Assembly: GCF_006345805.1 (NCBI RefSeq)
Contig: NC_043009.1
Span: 5,580,001-5,644,000, forward strand
Source of the DNA: Octopus sinensis
Taxonomy: Eukaryota
Direction of reading: 5' to 3'
DNA length: 64,000 bases
The notes under the pieces are model-generated. The model had not been told where the DNA came from. It saw only the letters and a list, made by a program, of their open reading frames with translations, and did no database searches. Position 1 is the first letter of the stretch, and each line of letters starts with the position of its first letter. Positions 14,206 through 28,862 of this stretch are shown here, one piece after another. The translations under genes and the position numbers were made by a program.

Positions 14206-14792
14206 TTCTCCGGCAACACGTTCAAGCAACACCTCTACAGCCGCGGAAAATCTTTCAGCATACCGGAAGGGAGATATGCTACATCATTATGCAGCTATAT
14301 ATGGCGGCTGAATGACGAGAGAATATCCCATATTATCATGGAAAATCTTAAAATGTCTAGACTCCTACAGAAACGGGAAAAGCGTTGCAAACTGTACATA
14401 GCCAAACGGGTGAAAATATAAAAAGACTTCCTCAGCCCGGAGAACATACTCAACTCCAGGATGGAATTCTTCAGACCCTGACTGCACTTCAGAAAATTAG
14501 CGTCGTTGGTTGCACATGATAACAGAGTAGATTAGGTATAATAGCCAAGGAGAGACAATCCCCTGTTTTTTGACAGAGTAACGCAGTCCTTCCCTCATCC
14601 ATTTTCTAGAAAGACCAGTTGGTAAAGAAGCCATTTACCGACAGGTTATGGTGTCTGTGTTAATCTAAGCACTTTATGGACGACGTTAAATCCAGGGCTA
14701 TCCCACAGAATTGCCTAATCTATCTTTACATTAAAATCCTCTATAACGTAGAGTGTGGTTCATCTTCGAATTTATCGTTTCCGGAAGGTACA

Positions 14793-14842
<50 letters not shown>

Positions 14843-15526
14843 CATACATAGATGCATATATTTTGAATTCATACCTTGTATATGTGTTTATGTATGCATG
14901 TGTATATCTATTACAAATGTGTATGTAATTATCTATAACCCTTTATGAGAGGATAATATTTGCTAAAGCATGAAAATCTACACGCTTTACATACCTAGTA
15001 CTGACCAATGTGAAAGGAGAAAGCATCTATATCATTGAAATACTACAGTTCTGACGTTGTCATCGGAAAGTCGGAAATTCAGCGAAGATACATCAAAGCC
15101 TCTCGTCTATCACTCTAACATTTAACTTACCATGTTGAACCTCAAAAAAGAAGGGACAATCTTAAAGCCAAATTTAGAAAGGAGATTGTTCGAACAAGTG
15201 AGTCTAGCGATCTTATGATCCTATGATCCGCAGAAACATCATGGGCTCAAATACATCATTTTATTTACAGTGGGACTCGAGGTAGGTAAAGCTACACATA
15301 ATGGTTTATCAATATAACGAAAGAAGTCGAGGCCTACTTGTAGCCCCATGTCTCTAAATATGAGAAGCCGGCGACCTTTTCCATCTCCTTCATTTTATCT
15401 CATTTAGCCAATATTTTCGCGCTATTAGTTACAGCTTTAATCTTCTTCAAATCTACCGCTAAAATCGATATATATATATATTATATATATATATCTATAT
15501 ATATATATATGTGTGTATATATATAT

Positions 15527-15572
<46 letters not shown>

Positions 15573-15575
15573 TAT

Positions 15576-15690
<115 letters not shown>

Positions 15691-17149
15691 TGTAAGTATA
15701 TAGACGTTAATCATAAGAGATTAGTGTTAGGCCACAGTTTTCGAGTTTATGGCTTGTATCTAGATTGAATTTCTTTACAAAAATTTTCAGCTTTTAGATA
15801 AGTCAATATTGCTTTTGTTTCATACGAAGTGTTGCAATAAAATTTGCATTAAAATTGAAAGGAACCGGTGATCATTTGTCAGAATAAATAGAGGAATTCG
15901 TCTGAGAAAAATGAAATGAAAAGTTTCTGGAATAAAATATAAAATGAAATAAAAAATCACATTTTAACCGCCTCAAATAAAGAATGGATTGTTGAACATT
16001 AAAAAGCAACAACGAAATTACTGATAAAATGAAAAAGAGAAGTATGTCTATGTATCAAGTAGGTTTCTATTGTAATACTACTAGTTATCCCATATAAGAT
16101 TTCAAGTTGATGATCAAAGTTGTCGCTCTGTGGTCGAATCCAGATGCAGAGCATGTATTATATTTTGTAGATGATAGAGGACTTCCATTTTACATGATTT
16201 AAAAATAAGATAAAGTATTTGAAATAGTCACCCAGACTACTGTTTTCCCACTTCATCATTGAAAATATATACAAAACACAAAAGAAGATAGACACTTCTA
16301 ATATAATGGAATAATGGCATTTTACTGTTGTTTATAATTGGTCAAAGATTTAGGACTTTATGTTCTCCAAATCAACAGTTGAAAAAATAATTTCTTGTAT
16401 TTGTTTTGATTTCTTATGTGCTGTGCTGGAATCTCACCGGAGACACTGTTGCTTTTCATTCTTCTGGATTTCATAAATATCAAGTACTGGTGTTAATAAA
16501 ATCGAATCTGTTGTTTTCTCAAATTTCTTACATTGTACATATGTAAGAAATCATTTAGTCAAATATGTATTTGACCATTATTTTAATCATACCAATTGTA
16601 TCAATTGTATCAAGTGTCTCTATATTGCAAGTTGCTCAAAGTTATATTTCTTGCTATACAATTACTGAGGATCGCTGTTTCAAAATTGTGGTTCACCGAC
16701 GCTCTAATTTCCAGAAATGTATTATTACGGATTGGTGAACTAAGTTCAAATTTTCAAGATGCTGCAGGAATAAAAGTAATTGCTAACGATCACATTGATA
16801 ACACTGACCAACCAAGAATGAAAATCTTCATTGTTCTCAAATATTTTGACCGAAATTAATGTTCACTTGGCACACAGAGTCCCAAAATGACATCCATTCA
16901 TTACCGTGACGTCAAAATTTCTAAATACTGGACACATAGAAGTTCAATACGTTTTCAATAAAAGAACTTATGAAGAACAAGACATCATGTATAATCGTAC
17001 ATAGAAATTGTTTTTTACCTTCAAAATCGGAAGGTTTTCTTTTTTTAAGATTGAAAACTGTACAGTCTTAAAATTTCTACAGAAAAATTGCATTATAGTT
17101 TATGCCGAATTTCCCATGAACTAGCGTTAGAATGATTTTCTTGAATGCT

Positions 17150-17795
17150 GAACTTCAGGGATATCGCAAACGAAATTCCATCAATAGACCGCACTTAAAT
17201 TCAAGTCCCAGCTGTCTTTATATCTTTGTTCCATTGATTTTATATCCTGATGGAAACGTTCTCCCTGTTCGACATTAGTGTCCCCAAAGTATTTAGGGAA
17301 TTTATCAAGGTGACAGTTGAGTTTTATGCTCATATTTGATCTCGATTTTTTGTAATCTCTCTCGCGTGTTGTCAAGAATATCGGCGTATAGTTCGACACT
17401 TGCTTGTTGTTCACTAAGTCATTTAAAACTATATCAGATGAATGCCCTGATGCTGCTGCTGCTGCTTCAAAACAATTCATTGAATTTACAGAGTTTCCTT
17501 CATTAAACAATTTTCTGGTTTGATGTCCGATTACTGCTCAGATCGGGAAATGTATTGCGTACATATTGAAAGCATGGGCCATCTATAACCAGAGCTAAAA
17601 TAAACTGCTTCAAATCAAGTTTGATATGGAGTAGGGGTAGGATGAGTTCTCCCTGCGGCAATTCTTTGATCCACACAGTGCTTTTCCCTGGCTCTGCGGT
17701 CCCACATGCATAAAAGGCTTAGATATTTGGTGCACCAACTTTGCCTACGGAAAAATTGACCACCCTAAAGACCACATCCATCATCCACTGATTTT
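17150..17795 (-). pseudogene. Decayed CMC/Chapaev-3-type transposase
   Basis: Motifs LPLLHIKL, DGPCFQY..NTFPDLS and MSIKL..HLDKFP..FGD...EQGERFHQDIKSMEQRY; multiple frameshifts and deletions. Confidence 0.75.
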
Positions 17796-18109
17796 GGAGG
17801 AATTTCGGTATCTTGAAATCTAGAAGGGATGGTAAAAAAAATGGATTCTATTTTTGGCTACAAAAGAAGAAAAAAAAACATCTTCAAATGAGCAAAATAC
17901 GCCAAGAGGAACTGAGAATTTAAAAGAACATTCCGCAACTGCTGAAATAATTTAAATATTTCAAACACTTCTGGAAACAGGATACAGGCTTAAAACTTTC
18001 TACGACTGAAGTTGAAATTCAGGACTATGTATTTCGTTATTTCGGTTGCATGTGTTTCACCTGAGAAATGAAAGTCGAAAAAAGGGTTTATTATTATTTA
18101 CGAGAGTAT

Positions 18110-18320
18110 AAGGTGGCAAGATGCCAGAATCGTTAGCGCACCACACAAAAATTCTTTATGACATTTTTTCGGCTTTACGTTTTGAGTTCAAATTCTATCG
18201 ATACCGGCTTTAGCTTTCATCCTTTCGCTATCGCTAAATTAAGCACCAATTAATCGTTGGAGCTGATGCAAACGACTAATCCCTCTCTAAATCTGCTGGC
18301 CTTGTATCAAATTTTGAAAC
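18110..18320 (+). mobile_element. Degenerate SINE family B copy
   Basis: GGTGGCAAGATGCCAGAATCGTTAG...GAGTTCAAATTC...CTTTCATCCTTTCG. Confidence 0.7.
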
Positions 18321-19069
18321 CACTATACATTGACATAAAGCAGACAGACCCTAGAAAAACCTTATCTTCGAATATAATTTCATTTAAATAAAAGGGGCCA
18401 TTGTAATAAAAATCCTGACAGATGCTAATGTAGATATTGTTTCCATAACTTGCTTGTTGCGCTGAACAAAATTTTATGTCACTAGTGGCGGATATTGCCT
18501 ATTGATCTAACTGAACTTATTACCAGTGTGAGTATAGTAAAATTGTGATGATGTTGCTTCTAAAATTTTAAAAATCCTTTTCATATTGAGAGACGCGTGG
18601 GACATTAACAGAATATAAAATCACAAATAAGAAAGTACGACTCTAAGTAGAGTAATACATCTTAATCCGGTATTCCGCTGCACCAGCTATTTCCAACGCA
18701 CTTAAATAGAATAATGATCGCAATACAACGGCAGAAAGCTGAGAAGAATCGGGGCAGTAGACGTGGTTGGTTGTCGGTTGGTATCGAATATTTTAACGAG
18801 ATTATAGTTTTGTTATGAATTAGAATTGAGAGGTAAAATTCAGGTCAGTGAATATAATCGTGCATAATCTTTCAGATGAAATGCGATACTATTACATATC
18901 ATAAATTTCGATCGTGATGCTATTCAAATAACTTTTCCCACAAGAATCACATACTATTTATTGTTTCCTGGTTTCATTTTATTTTTAGACTCAGACATCT
19001 CATATCATTCATATGATTATTCATTTTATTTCTTATTGTTTCTTCTCTCTCTATCTCTATATCTTCCCC

Positions 19070-19104
<35 letters not shown>

Positions 19105-19369
19105 CTCTATCTCTCTTTCCCTTAAGCTAATTCTCTTTCCCCCTTTCAATCTCTATCTCGCTCACTCAATCACAACGTCTCTCGGATATTTCATCTTTCT
19201 ACTGGCATATGTAAATATATAGTGCATATATACAACCTACCTATACATAAACATATGTATATATCCATATATTTTCATATATATACATATACATACACAT
19301 ACACAAACACATATACAAATATATACATATATAAATATATACGTAGATGTATATATGTATGAATAAGTG

Positions 19370-19400
<31 letters not shown>

Positions 19401-19402
19401 GT

Positions 19403-19449
<47 letters not shown>

Positions 19450-19674
19450 ATATATGTATGTATGATTATGCATGTATATATAGGAATACTTGTCCGTCTA
19501 ATGTAAAAACACACCCATCCTACATATTTATACCATGCACACATGCATAGTTACAATATTTATAATATATTATTGATGCATATGACCCCATTATGTTCCT
19601 ACATAAACAACGATATCGCACACTTGAACACACGGCTCTCTCTTTTTCCCACTCACTTTCAAGCTATATATATT

Positions 19675-19750
<76 letters not shown>

Positions 19751-19850
19751 TGCATATGTGTGTATCGCATGTGTGCTTGTTGTGTGTTTTGTATGCGTGT
19801 ATTTATGTAGATATATATCTCTATGATTGTATCTATATCTACTTCTATAG

Positions 19851-19910
<60 letters not shown>

Positions 19911-20514
19911 GCATACACACACATATGCATATATGTGTGTGCGTGTGTATTTAGGTATAGGTAGGTAGATAGATATAAATATTGATATCTATACCTTCAC
20001 AAATACATGCATGCGTACGTACGTACATACATACATACATACATACGTACATACATACTGAAGGCAGTGTGTGAGTGGTATGGAAAGGGAAAGAAAATTG
20101 ATATAAGGAAATGGAGAGTAAATCGATCACATCTGCGAATTGATCTGTAAATTTCTCTCATATTTTGCTGTTTTATACTCCCTATATCAAATACACCACA
20201 AGAGACTTAGTCGAAGGAAGTTCATAGGAACAAATAGGGAAAACAATACATACATATATATGTGTGTGTATGTGTGTATGTATGGGTGTGTGTGTGTTAA
20301 GGAGCCAGAAGACTCCGATATAAAGTAATATAAGCTGTTAGTTTCCCATCCCAAAACTCGGTCAATGTTTCATATCGTCTCAAGTCTCGAACGTACGACA
20401 TGCATTTCTGAAAGCTATCTAGCATACAAACCTCCTTACCTATTTTCGGCAAGTTGTGTTGTAATAAGTCTTTGACATCATTGTCACACACATCCTTAAG
20501 GCTAAGACATTTTC

Positions 20515-20549
<35 letters not shown>

Positions 20550-20582
20550 ATATATATATGCTTATGTACGAATATATATATG

Positions 20583-20812
20583 TTTCTTTATTACACACAA
20601 GGGGCTAAACGTAGAGGCGACAAACAAGGGCAGACAAACGGATTAAGTCGATTATATCGACACCGGTGTGTAACTGGTACGTAATTTATCGATCCTGAAA
20701 GGATGAAAGTCAAAGTCGACCTCGGCGGAATTTGATCTCAGAACGTCAAGACAGACGAAATACAGCTACGCATTTCGCCCGGCGTGCTTACGATTCTGCC
20801 AGCTCGCTGCCT
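20583..20812 (-). mobile_element. SINE family B
   Basis: High similarity to 5975-6211. Confidence 0.85.
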
Positions 20813-20860
20813 ATGAATGTATAAATATGTACGAATGTATATATATACGTATGTTTTCAG

Positions 20861-20870
20861 TCTGAAGAAG
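20861..20870 (+). CDS. Candidate 10-nt micro-exon (TCTGAAGAAG)
   Basis: gttttcAG acceptor and consensus AG|GTGAGT donor; phase-compatible with the exon at 42801. Confidence 0.3.
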
Positions 20871-21830
20871 GTGAGTTAATTTTGTTTGTTTCATTTTTGC
20901 TTAAGCCTTCTTATTTGAGGTGCAATATCTAAGCAACGCTAGCTAGCTCTAACATTGTACTTATTGAAAAAATACATATATATTATGTTTTCTTATCATA
21001 TGCTAAATTTTCGGCTTTAGTGCATACTACATTCCGTACTCAATATGTGTAAATATATTATTTCCCTTAACGTATGACCTATTCAATACGCAGTAGAAAA
21101 GAGTAGATCTAATCAAGAAACTAGAGGTTTTTTCTTTCTTTTTGCAGCTACCTTCGCCATAGTAATGTTCTCTCACAGTCGGCTGCAGTTCCCGTGAAAA
21201 CAATTCGGTCGATGGAAATATGTGTCTCGTTCCTATTTGTATGTGGCGTACTCCAGTCTGATATTCATTGCGCAAAGATGAGTACAATCCAAGGTTATAT
21301 TTTCTCCATATTAACTTTGCTTCTTTAGAATTAAGGGCAACAGTACCACAAGTTAACTTTAGAGCAAATATCACAAAACTCATCATGTGTAGCGAACAAA
21401 GAAAGGTATCACATAGGAAACACGTTTAAAAACAGAGACAAACAATGGATTTTCTTCTCCAAGTGCAATTTCATGTATAAACAAGTATAAAAACTGATAC
21501 ATAGTCACATTAGCAGCATCCCTAACTTTCGGCATACTAAACAGAAAGATCGAAATCTTGAAGACGTGTAAGGATATGAACATTTTGCGTGTTACCGCCC
21601 GTTTGGTTACAGACACTGTGTAAAATATTGAATAGTAAGCCTAGTTCCCATATACTGATATATGCTGTATATATGGCATACATTTCTACATGAATTCCGA
21701 CACATAAGGTTTTACGTTTTCGAATCAATTTATTTCAGACATAGTATTGCTTAGTAACATTATAAGCAATGCTAAGAATTATTTTGGTACAAATTCATCT
21801 CTTTATTTCTATTAAAACTGTGCTGTTTAG

Positions 21831-21881
<51 letters not shown>

Positions 21882-22804
21882 TGTGTGTGTGAGTGTTTGT
21901 ATACACCTACCCATAGCTGTGAATTAGTGTAGCAGAAACATGATCACTCTTTACCTTTAAGTATCCACATTTTGCTTTTTACCTTTAGGCACCCGTTTTG
22001 ACTCATCACGTGATGGTCAAGTCCATTTAGCTTTACGTGGGCTGTCCACTCACAATATGATAGACTAGCCAAGTGTCCCGTCATCAGCTATTTAAAAGGA
22101 AGCTTCTTCCCGCTAGTTCCTTAGTGACGTAGGTTTTAGTACGAACGAATTTGGATCTTCGACATGAGAGCAATTTATTCCACTTTGCAGTTTCGCCATG
22201 GAGAGAATTGCAGCAGGAATCCTTGACGTTATACTTAGAGTTTTTTCAAACGTTCATCTTCATTTTCAAGAAACACTTTCAAACGGTGTAATGTATTTGA
22301 CAGCTCCAGTTATATTATGCCAGTTGCTGTTTTTCCATTTAGTGTCGGAATAAATGTTGTCAATTTTACATATCTTCATATATATTGATGTTCATTATCC
22401 TGATTCTTATTTACCCATGAGATATATTACCAGGGCTTAAACCACATTGCATCATTTACCTCCACTGCTAAATTAGTATAAGAATTCAGTACATATATGC
22501 TTCAGTGGTAAAGGTTTGTCGCGTAGAGAGTGCAACGAAAGATTATACAAATGATAGAGGAAGAAAAAAATTAAGAATGAACTTTTCTATCTTAAAGCTA
22601 TTTCTGTTATAAGATGCAATGCACACAAAGTTGAGTGCTTGTGTAACAACTTATAGCTTCGATGGGACTCTGTTTCACATTTCTTTAAGTCTAGTAGAAG
22701 CGATGAACGTGTGTACCTCATCCGATGTTCAGAGACAGAGCTGATTCAGTCAATGAAATCCATTTAACCAACCCATATTTTATGAGTGCCTTCCTTTTAT
22801 CTTC

Positions 22805-22887
<83 letters not shown>

Positions 22888-23113
22888 ATACAATGTAAGA
22901 TAGGGGTTATGGATGTAACTCACTATGGGAGAGCATTTATCCATAGGTTGAAACAGCTCTAAGAAGTGATTTTAATAATTTCATTAATCTATATTATGAC
23001 TTTTGAAATTTGTATTCTTATCTTATATCTCATGTGTATTGAATTATAAACTATATATGTATGCTATTGATGTCAAAATAGAAAATGCTAAAATAATTTT
23101 ATAAAGAACATTT

Positions 23114-23151
23114 CAGCACCGGTTTCGGTCATTTTGAGACCTTTGCAACTG
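23114..23151 (-). ncRNA. Degenerate minimal hammerhead-like motif (Penelope pLTR type)
   Basis: Minus strand CAG-TTGCAAA-GGTC/GACC-GAAA-CCGG-TG-CTG: stem I CAG/CTG, U3-A8 core variant, palindromic stem III ACCGGT; position 17 is G, so predicted inactive. Confidence 0.5.
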
Positions 23152-23334
23152 TAACGATTAAATAATTAAATTTAGAAAAATTAAAAGAAAAGTTTTTTTA
23201 AAGGAATATTTGTATAGTGTTCAAATATAAGTGGCATTCTACCTTTCTCTTCGAGGCCGTTGTGAATTCTTGGTAGGGTAGAAGAAGAAGAAGAAGGTTG
23301 ATGAGGAGAGGGGGTGGAAAAATTGGGAGTGCCT

Positions 23335-23419
<85 letters not shown>

Positions 23420-23422
<3 letters not shown>

Positions 23423-23720
23423 GAGGCACATGGGCTAGTGGTTAGAGCAGCAGACTCGCGGTCGAGGGATCGCGGGTCCGAATCTCAGACCGGGCGATGT
23501 GTGCGTTTATGAGCGAAAACACCTAAACTCCACGTGACTCCGGCAGAAGGTAATGGCGAACTTCTGCTGACTCTTTCGCCACAACTTTCTCTCACTCTTT
23601 TCTCCTGTATCTTGCAGCTCATCTGCGACGGACCGGCGTCCCGTCCAGGTGAGGAACCTATACGCCAAGAAACCGGGAAACCGGCCCTTATGAGCCAGAC
23701 ATGGCTCGAGAAGGAACAAG
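23420..23720 (+). mobile_element. tRNA-derived SINE family C with V-SINE-like central domain, inserted in (TA)n
   Basis: tRNA-like head (TAGTGGTTAG...GGGTCCGAATCTC), segment CTGCGACGGACCGGCGTCCCGTCCAGG resembling the V-domain; GC-rich island with (TA)n on both sides. Confidence 0.8.
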
Positions 23721-23748
23721 CATATATATATGTATATATATATATACA

Positions 23749-24405
23749 CAGGCTTAAGTTGCTTCGATTCAAGTCATTCTCGTTTATACGTCGATTTTCA
23801 AAAATAATATACGGAAAAATAAATATCGGAAAAATATAAATCAAGTTAAGTCATTTTACTTTACGTATGTCCACCACAATTATTGGTAACTTAAAATAAC
23901 TAGAAAACTGCTAAAAGCACATAATATCATGTTACTCTACAATAAATAAAATAAATCATATAAAATCATATTAAAATACGTACGATAAACGTTACGATAC
24001 ACAGCATAAAGTAGTGTAGCTTACTGAACGAAATCATGAAATCACGAAACCACCAAATTGTATTTAAGTATTGGTAAATTTAATTTTTGTTTCCTATTGC
24101 GAAATATTAATAATTACTGAATTTGGTTTTTAAGCTTTAAAATGGCTTTTATTTTATCGTGTTTTATTGCAAACCGCATTCATAAATAAAGCGTCCGCGA
24201 TGAACGCAAAACTCTACACATAAATTTACTGTATGGACAACTAAGCTTAAAATAGGTTTTTATTAACCATGTATTATTGAAAATGCATTCATAAATAAAG
24301 TACAGAACTGGGAATGGTTATTATCGGTTTAGCCGCGAGACAAGTTATTTCGACTGAAGTCGTGTCTCCTGGGACCAATTAACGACGTAAGGTGAGGTAT
24401 GCCTG
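23749..24405. mobile_element. Tigger/pogo-like non-autonomous DNA transposon
   Basis: Right end reverse-complements to CAGGCATACCTC (Tigger-type TIR); left end starts CAGGC but is degenerate; AT-rich interior. Confidence 0.55.
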
Positions 24406-24420
24406 TGTGTATATATATAT

Positions 24421-24456
<36 letters not shown>

Positions 24457-25840
24457 GATAGATAGATAAATAGATAGATAGATAGATACACACATATATA
24501 AATACATATATTTATATTTATATATGTATATATGTATATTTATATATGTATATATGTATATTTATACATATATTTAGATAGACACAGACAGAGGCACAAA
24601 TACACACACACACAACACACAAACATATATTCTGTCAGTGCATGTGAAACAGTTATGGAGATAAAAGTCTGAGGACAAAGGATGTCCTCAATTAATTAAT
24701 ATGGGTGTGTAGTAGATAGTAAAAAAAAAACAATAAAACATAGATGTAATAAAATAGTTAAACAAGTGAAAGTTCTCATGAGTATTGGAAATATGATCTT
24801 AAATCGACAAACGCCGCTAAGTTTTAAACAATGATGTTACTGCCATTTTGTATGGTTTCATCCTAGCTCTAGCTCGTTATGCTGATCGTTATGTTGATAA
24901 ACATTAAAAAACCCAGCTTGTAGAAACTGTATTTCAGAAAATATTAATTAGAATACACCGATGCATTAACGGATGATGCAGTTAGTTTGAGATAATGTTT
25001 GGCTAATTTCCAATTAGCTGATTAATAATCGATTAATCAAAATAATTAACATCTCCTTTTTTGCTGATATTTTTTTATCGTACCTAGTGATCCAATTTGT
25101 GTAGGTAATATTTCTGCATTCATTATTATATTTGTTTCAGTTATTTAGTTATTTTTTACATTCACAAGACAAGTGATCACAGCTCTGTGTGACCGGGTAC
25201 ATACAAGCAGTGTTGTGATTTGATTTTATGTTTTACATTATAAAGAAAAAAATATTATGTAAAGTGTGTTCACTGTGTATTAGGGCAATTGTCTGTATGT
25301 TATGTACATGTTCAATCCTGCGATTAAATATTTCTTTTATCATATTTTCAATCAATATCTAAGTATTAATTATTTTAGCTTTGTTCTCTTCTCATCCAAC
25401 CGTGGTCCTCTTTCTATATCATTTTATTTGTATTTCTCTTTCATCGGATAATGAATAAGTAAGTATGATGCCCTTCCTTTCTTGGTAGTCCTCGAAAATA
25501 ATATTCAGTACCTTATTCGTGATTTATCTGAGTATTATGAAATGCGTGTCTTAATGTATGACCGATTTTTAATTCTCTGACAACCAGCGTTAGTTTGATA
25601 GCGTTTGATGGAGTAAGTACTATAGTCGTATTTTTCCACTGGATTACTTCAAAGCGGTACCACAACATGGCCATACACAAATCATTGAAAGGTGTGGTTG
25701 TGTGTGTAACCTTCATCCCTGGATCTTATCTATATTGTCTTGGGTTCAATAGCACTCTCGGCATATATCATCTACTAAAGTCCGGGTCACAAAATCCTTG
25801 TGAGTGTATTTGGTACACGGAAAATGAAAGAAGCTCGTAG

Positions 25841-25957
<117 letters not shown>

Positions 25958-26978
25958 TATAATATATATATATATATATTATATATATATGGTTAGTTGG
26001 ATGAGTGTGTGTACGTCTGTTACTGAGTGCTTTTTGTAGTATAAATTTGTCTGTATATGCATTTATAAAACGTTGGTGATTCTCATGATATTTTAATGAG
26101 CTCACTTTCAATCTGTGCAAATTACCCAATCTTTTTCGTATGCGTACAGCTGTCTATCTATTGCAGAAGGAAAAATGGCTTTGCTGTTGACGTCTATTGA
26201 GGTGGAAACATGTGTTCATAGCTGTTCTCAAAACATATTTTACTTTATTTGCTGTAATTGTTATAGAATAGTCTTTTTTTAAAATCGAGAATCATTAGCT
26301 TACTAAGTTTGTGTGTGTAGAGAGAAAAGACAGAATAGAAAAGGATATTTGTATGTGTCCGTGCGTGCCTCTGAGTGTGTGTGCCTGTGTGTGTATGTGT
26401 GTATGTATGTATGGACACGAGGCTCAACCTCTCGATCTTATACTGTCACATCAAAAGCAAAGCGCACATATTCCTACTTGTCTCTCTATATTAATTACAA
26501 TTCTACTGAAAATGAATATTACACTTTTTCATTCACCCCAAGAGAACAACAACTTTTAAGTCCCATCAATATATTGATCTGCTTAAAAACTTCAAATTCA
26601 ATTGAACATTGTCTTCACACAACAACTTAACCACTTAAAATCTCACCTTTTATATACGAAAAGGAATTTTTCATGCGTCAGTGAATACCACTTCACTAAC
26701 AAAATTCCAAGCCAGTTCAATCGACAATGTACCGCAACTTTTCACACTACACAAAACAAGCTGATATTTTAACCCTCAAATTTAATTGTATTTTTTTAGA
26801 CTTCAAATTATTTTTTTTATTTATATTTCTGATAATAATAACTAACACTCATACTTATTGTACAGTAACTATTAAACAGATAATATATATATATACATTT
26901 TTTCTGGGACACAGAACACACAGGCTCGAGCATACACACACATATATATAAATATGTATAGCCTCACACACACATACT

Positions 26979-27063
<85 letters not shown>

Positions 27064-27099
27064 CACACACATATATAGATAGATATATATAAACATATA

Positions 27100-28384
27100 T
27101 GATGGCTGCCCCCTGTTTATCGAGTATGGCCATTGCACGAAGCTTAACTGTTATTGGTGCTGTGAACGTATGCGACGTTTTAGCCCAGCTAAAGATCTAC
27201 ATTGTCCTGTACAGAATTGGCAGCTAAAACCTTTACCGGTAATAACCGGCTGTAGTTGTAACTGGGCTTCATGTGCTTTTGCATGTCGTTTAAGTGCTCC
27301 TGCCGAATTACACTCTCTTCCACTTGCCTGACAGATATGATTAGTATGGTTTGTTACACCACCACCAGTGGCAAGGTTGTCACTCGTCTGTCTCGCTTTA
27401 TGACTACGAAGATGACTCTTCAGTCCAGCTTTACTGAGGCAGGGTTTTGCACAGACACTGCATGTCAGCATCATAGGAAGACCCATCCCATCTCGAAGTG
27501 TAACAGGTATGCCCTTCCCGACATCCCTCCTTACTTTCTCATGCGCAACTCGTGCACAATCATTCTCCACCTGCTACGATCAATATCTCTGCCCTCCCAT
27601 GTGTCAGGAGAGATGCAAGCATTTCTTAAGGAAGCCTTCAGGAAGTCCTTATACCTCTTTTTAGGTTTATGTGGAGGTCGTTCTCCTTTAGCTAACTCTC
27701 CATAAAAGAGTTATTTTGGCATTCTTCAATCATTTATTCTGACCAGATGACATCTGAGCCTTTGCTTTAACACTAGAGCTTCTATACTTTCGCACCGAGA
27801 GCTTTCCAATATTTCAAGATCACTGATGCGGTCCTCCCACTTAATGCCATAGATCTGCCTGAGACATATCTGTTGGAAACGTTCCAGGTATTAAGGTGGT
27901 ATCGATATATGACCCACGTCTCGCAGGCATACAGAAGAAAAGGGAGCACACATGCCTTGTACACCTTTATCTTTGTCTTTCTGCATATGTCTCGCCGACT
28001 CCAGATGTGCTTTTCTAGCCTTCCGAAAGCAACACTTGATTTCCTAATTTTATATGGAATTTCATCATCCAAATTGCCATATCTATTAATAGTGTTTCCC
28101 ATATAGACAAACTGATCGACTACATCAAGTCGTTTACCATGCACATAGATATTTGGTACGCTATACTGCTTACCAGGGGCAGGTTGATGCATGACAACAG
28201 TTTTCTTGAGATCGACTGTCAATCCTAAGGCAGTGCAAGCATCAGAAAATGCATTCAAAATGTGTTGCATATCAATCTCTGTGTGTGCTACTGGCTCACA
28301 ATCATCTGCATACAAAAGGTCCCTTATGATGGAGGTAAATACCTTTGTTTTTGCAGCAAAGCACCTGACATAAAATATGCTGCC

Positions 28385-28385
<1 letters not shown>
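27100..28385 (-). mobile_element. 5'-truncated RTE (BovB-like) LINE with frameshifts and C-terminal C2H2 zinc fingers
   Basis: RT motif LLYADD, GLTVDLKKT, AFGRL, TKIKVYKACVLPFLLYACETW; downstream frames give YGEL..G.R....PKKRYKD and three C2H2-like repeats; (TA)n on both flanks. Confidence 0.92.
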
Positions 28386-28416
<31 letters not shown>

Positions 28417-28435
28417 TATATACATATATATATGT

Positions 28436-28438
28436 ACA

Positions 28439-28472
<34 letters not shown>

Positions 28473-28828
28473 CATACATACATATATATGAATATATATA
28501 TATACATATATATTAGTGATGTTGTTTGTATTTGTGTAACATACCAATTTTCTCGTTTTTTTTTTGTCTGTGTGGTCGCACATATTTGCTTGCTTTCTTC
28601 CAAAAATTTAAAGCCCTTACCTTAGAATTTTGGGGTCTACGGATTTTGAACAGTCTCAAGTGTAACGGGTCGAAACTGTAATGAGGATTTGAAGTTTTAC
28701 AGATGAAAGAAAGCCACGAATATTCCGTCCTGGTTATTCCTGTCCGTCTTTGTATCGTCTATCTGTCCGGATGTATTTATTGTCCTTCGTTATTCTATTA
28801 TTATTCCTTTTTTTTTAATATATATATA

Positions 28829-28862
<34 letters not shown>

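Noticed and set aside
21027-21728. Three consecutive minus-strand ORFs in non-repetitive DNA
   Set aside because: No identifiable motifs; could be a decayed element but cannot be supported by eye.
22905-22965. Plus-strand stem followed by GAAACAGCTCTA, hammerhead-like
   Set aside because: No recognisable CUGANGA-type core or stem I.
23420-23495. Possible tRNA gene
   Set aside because: It is the head of a SINE: continues into a SINE body with no clean acceptor stem or terminator.
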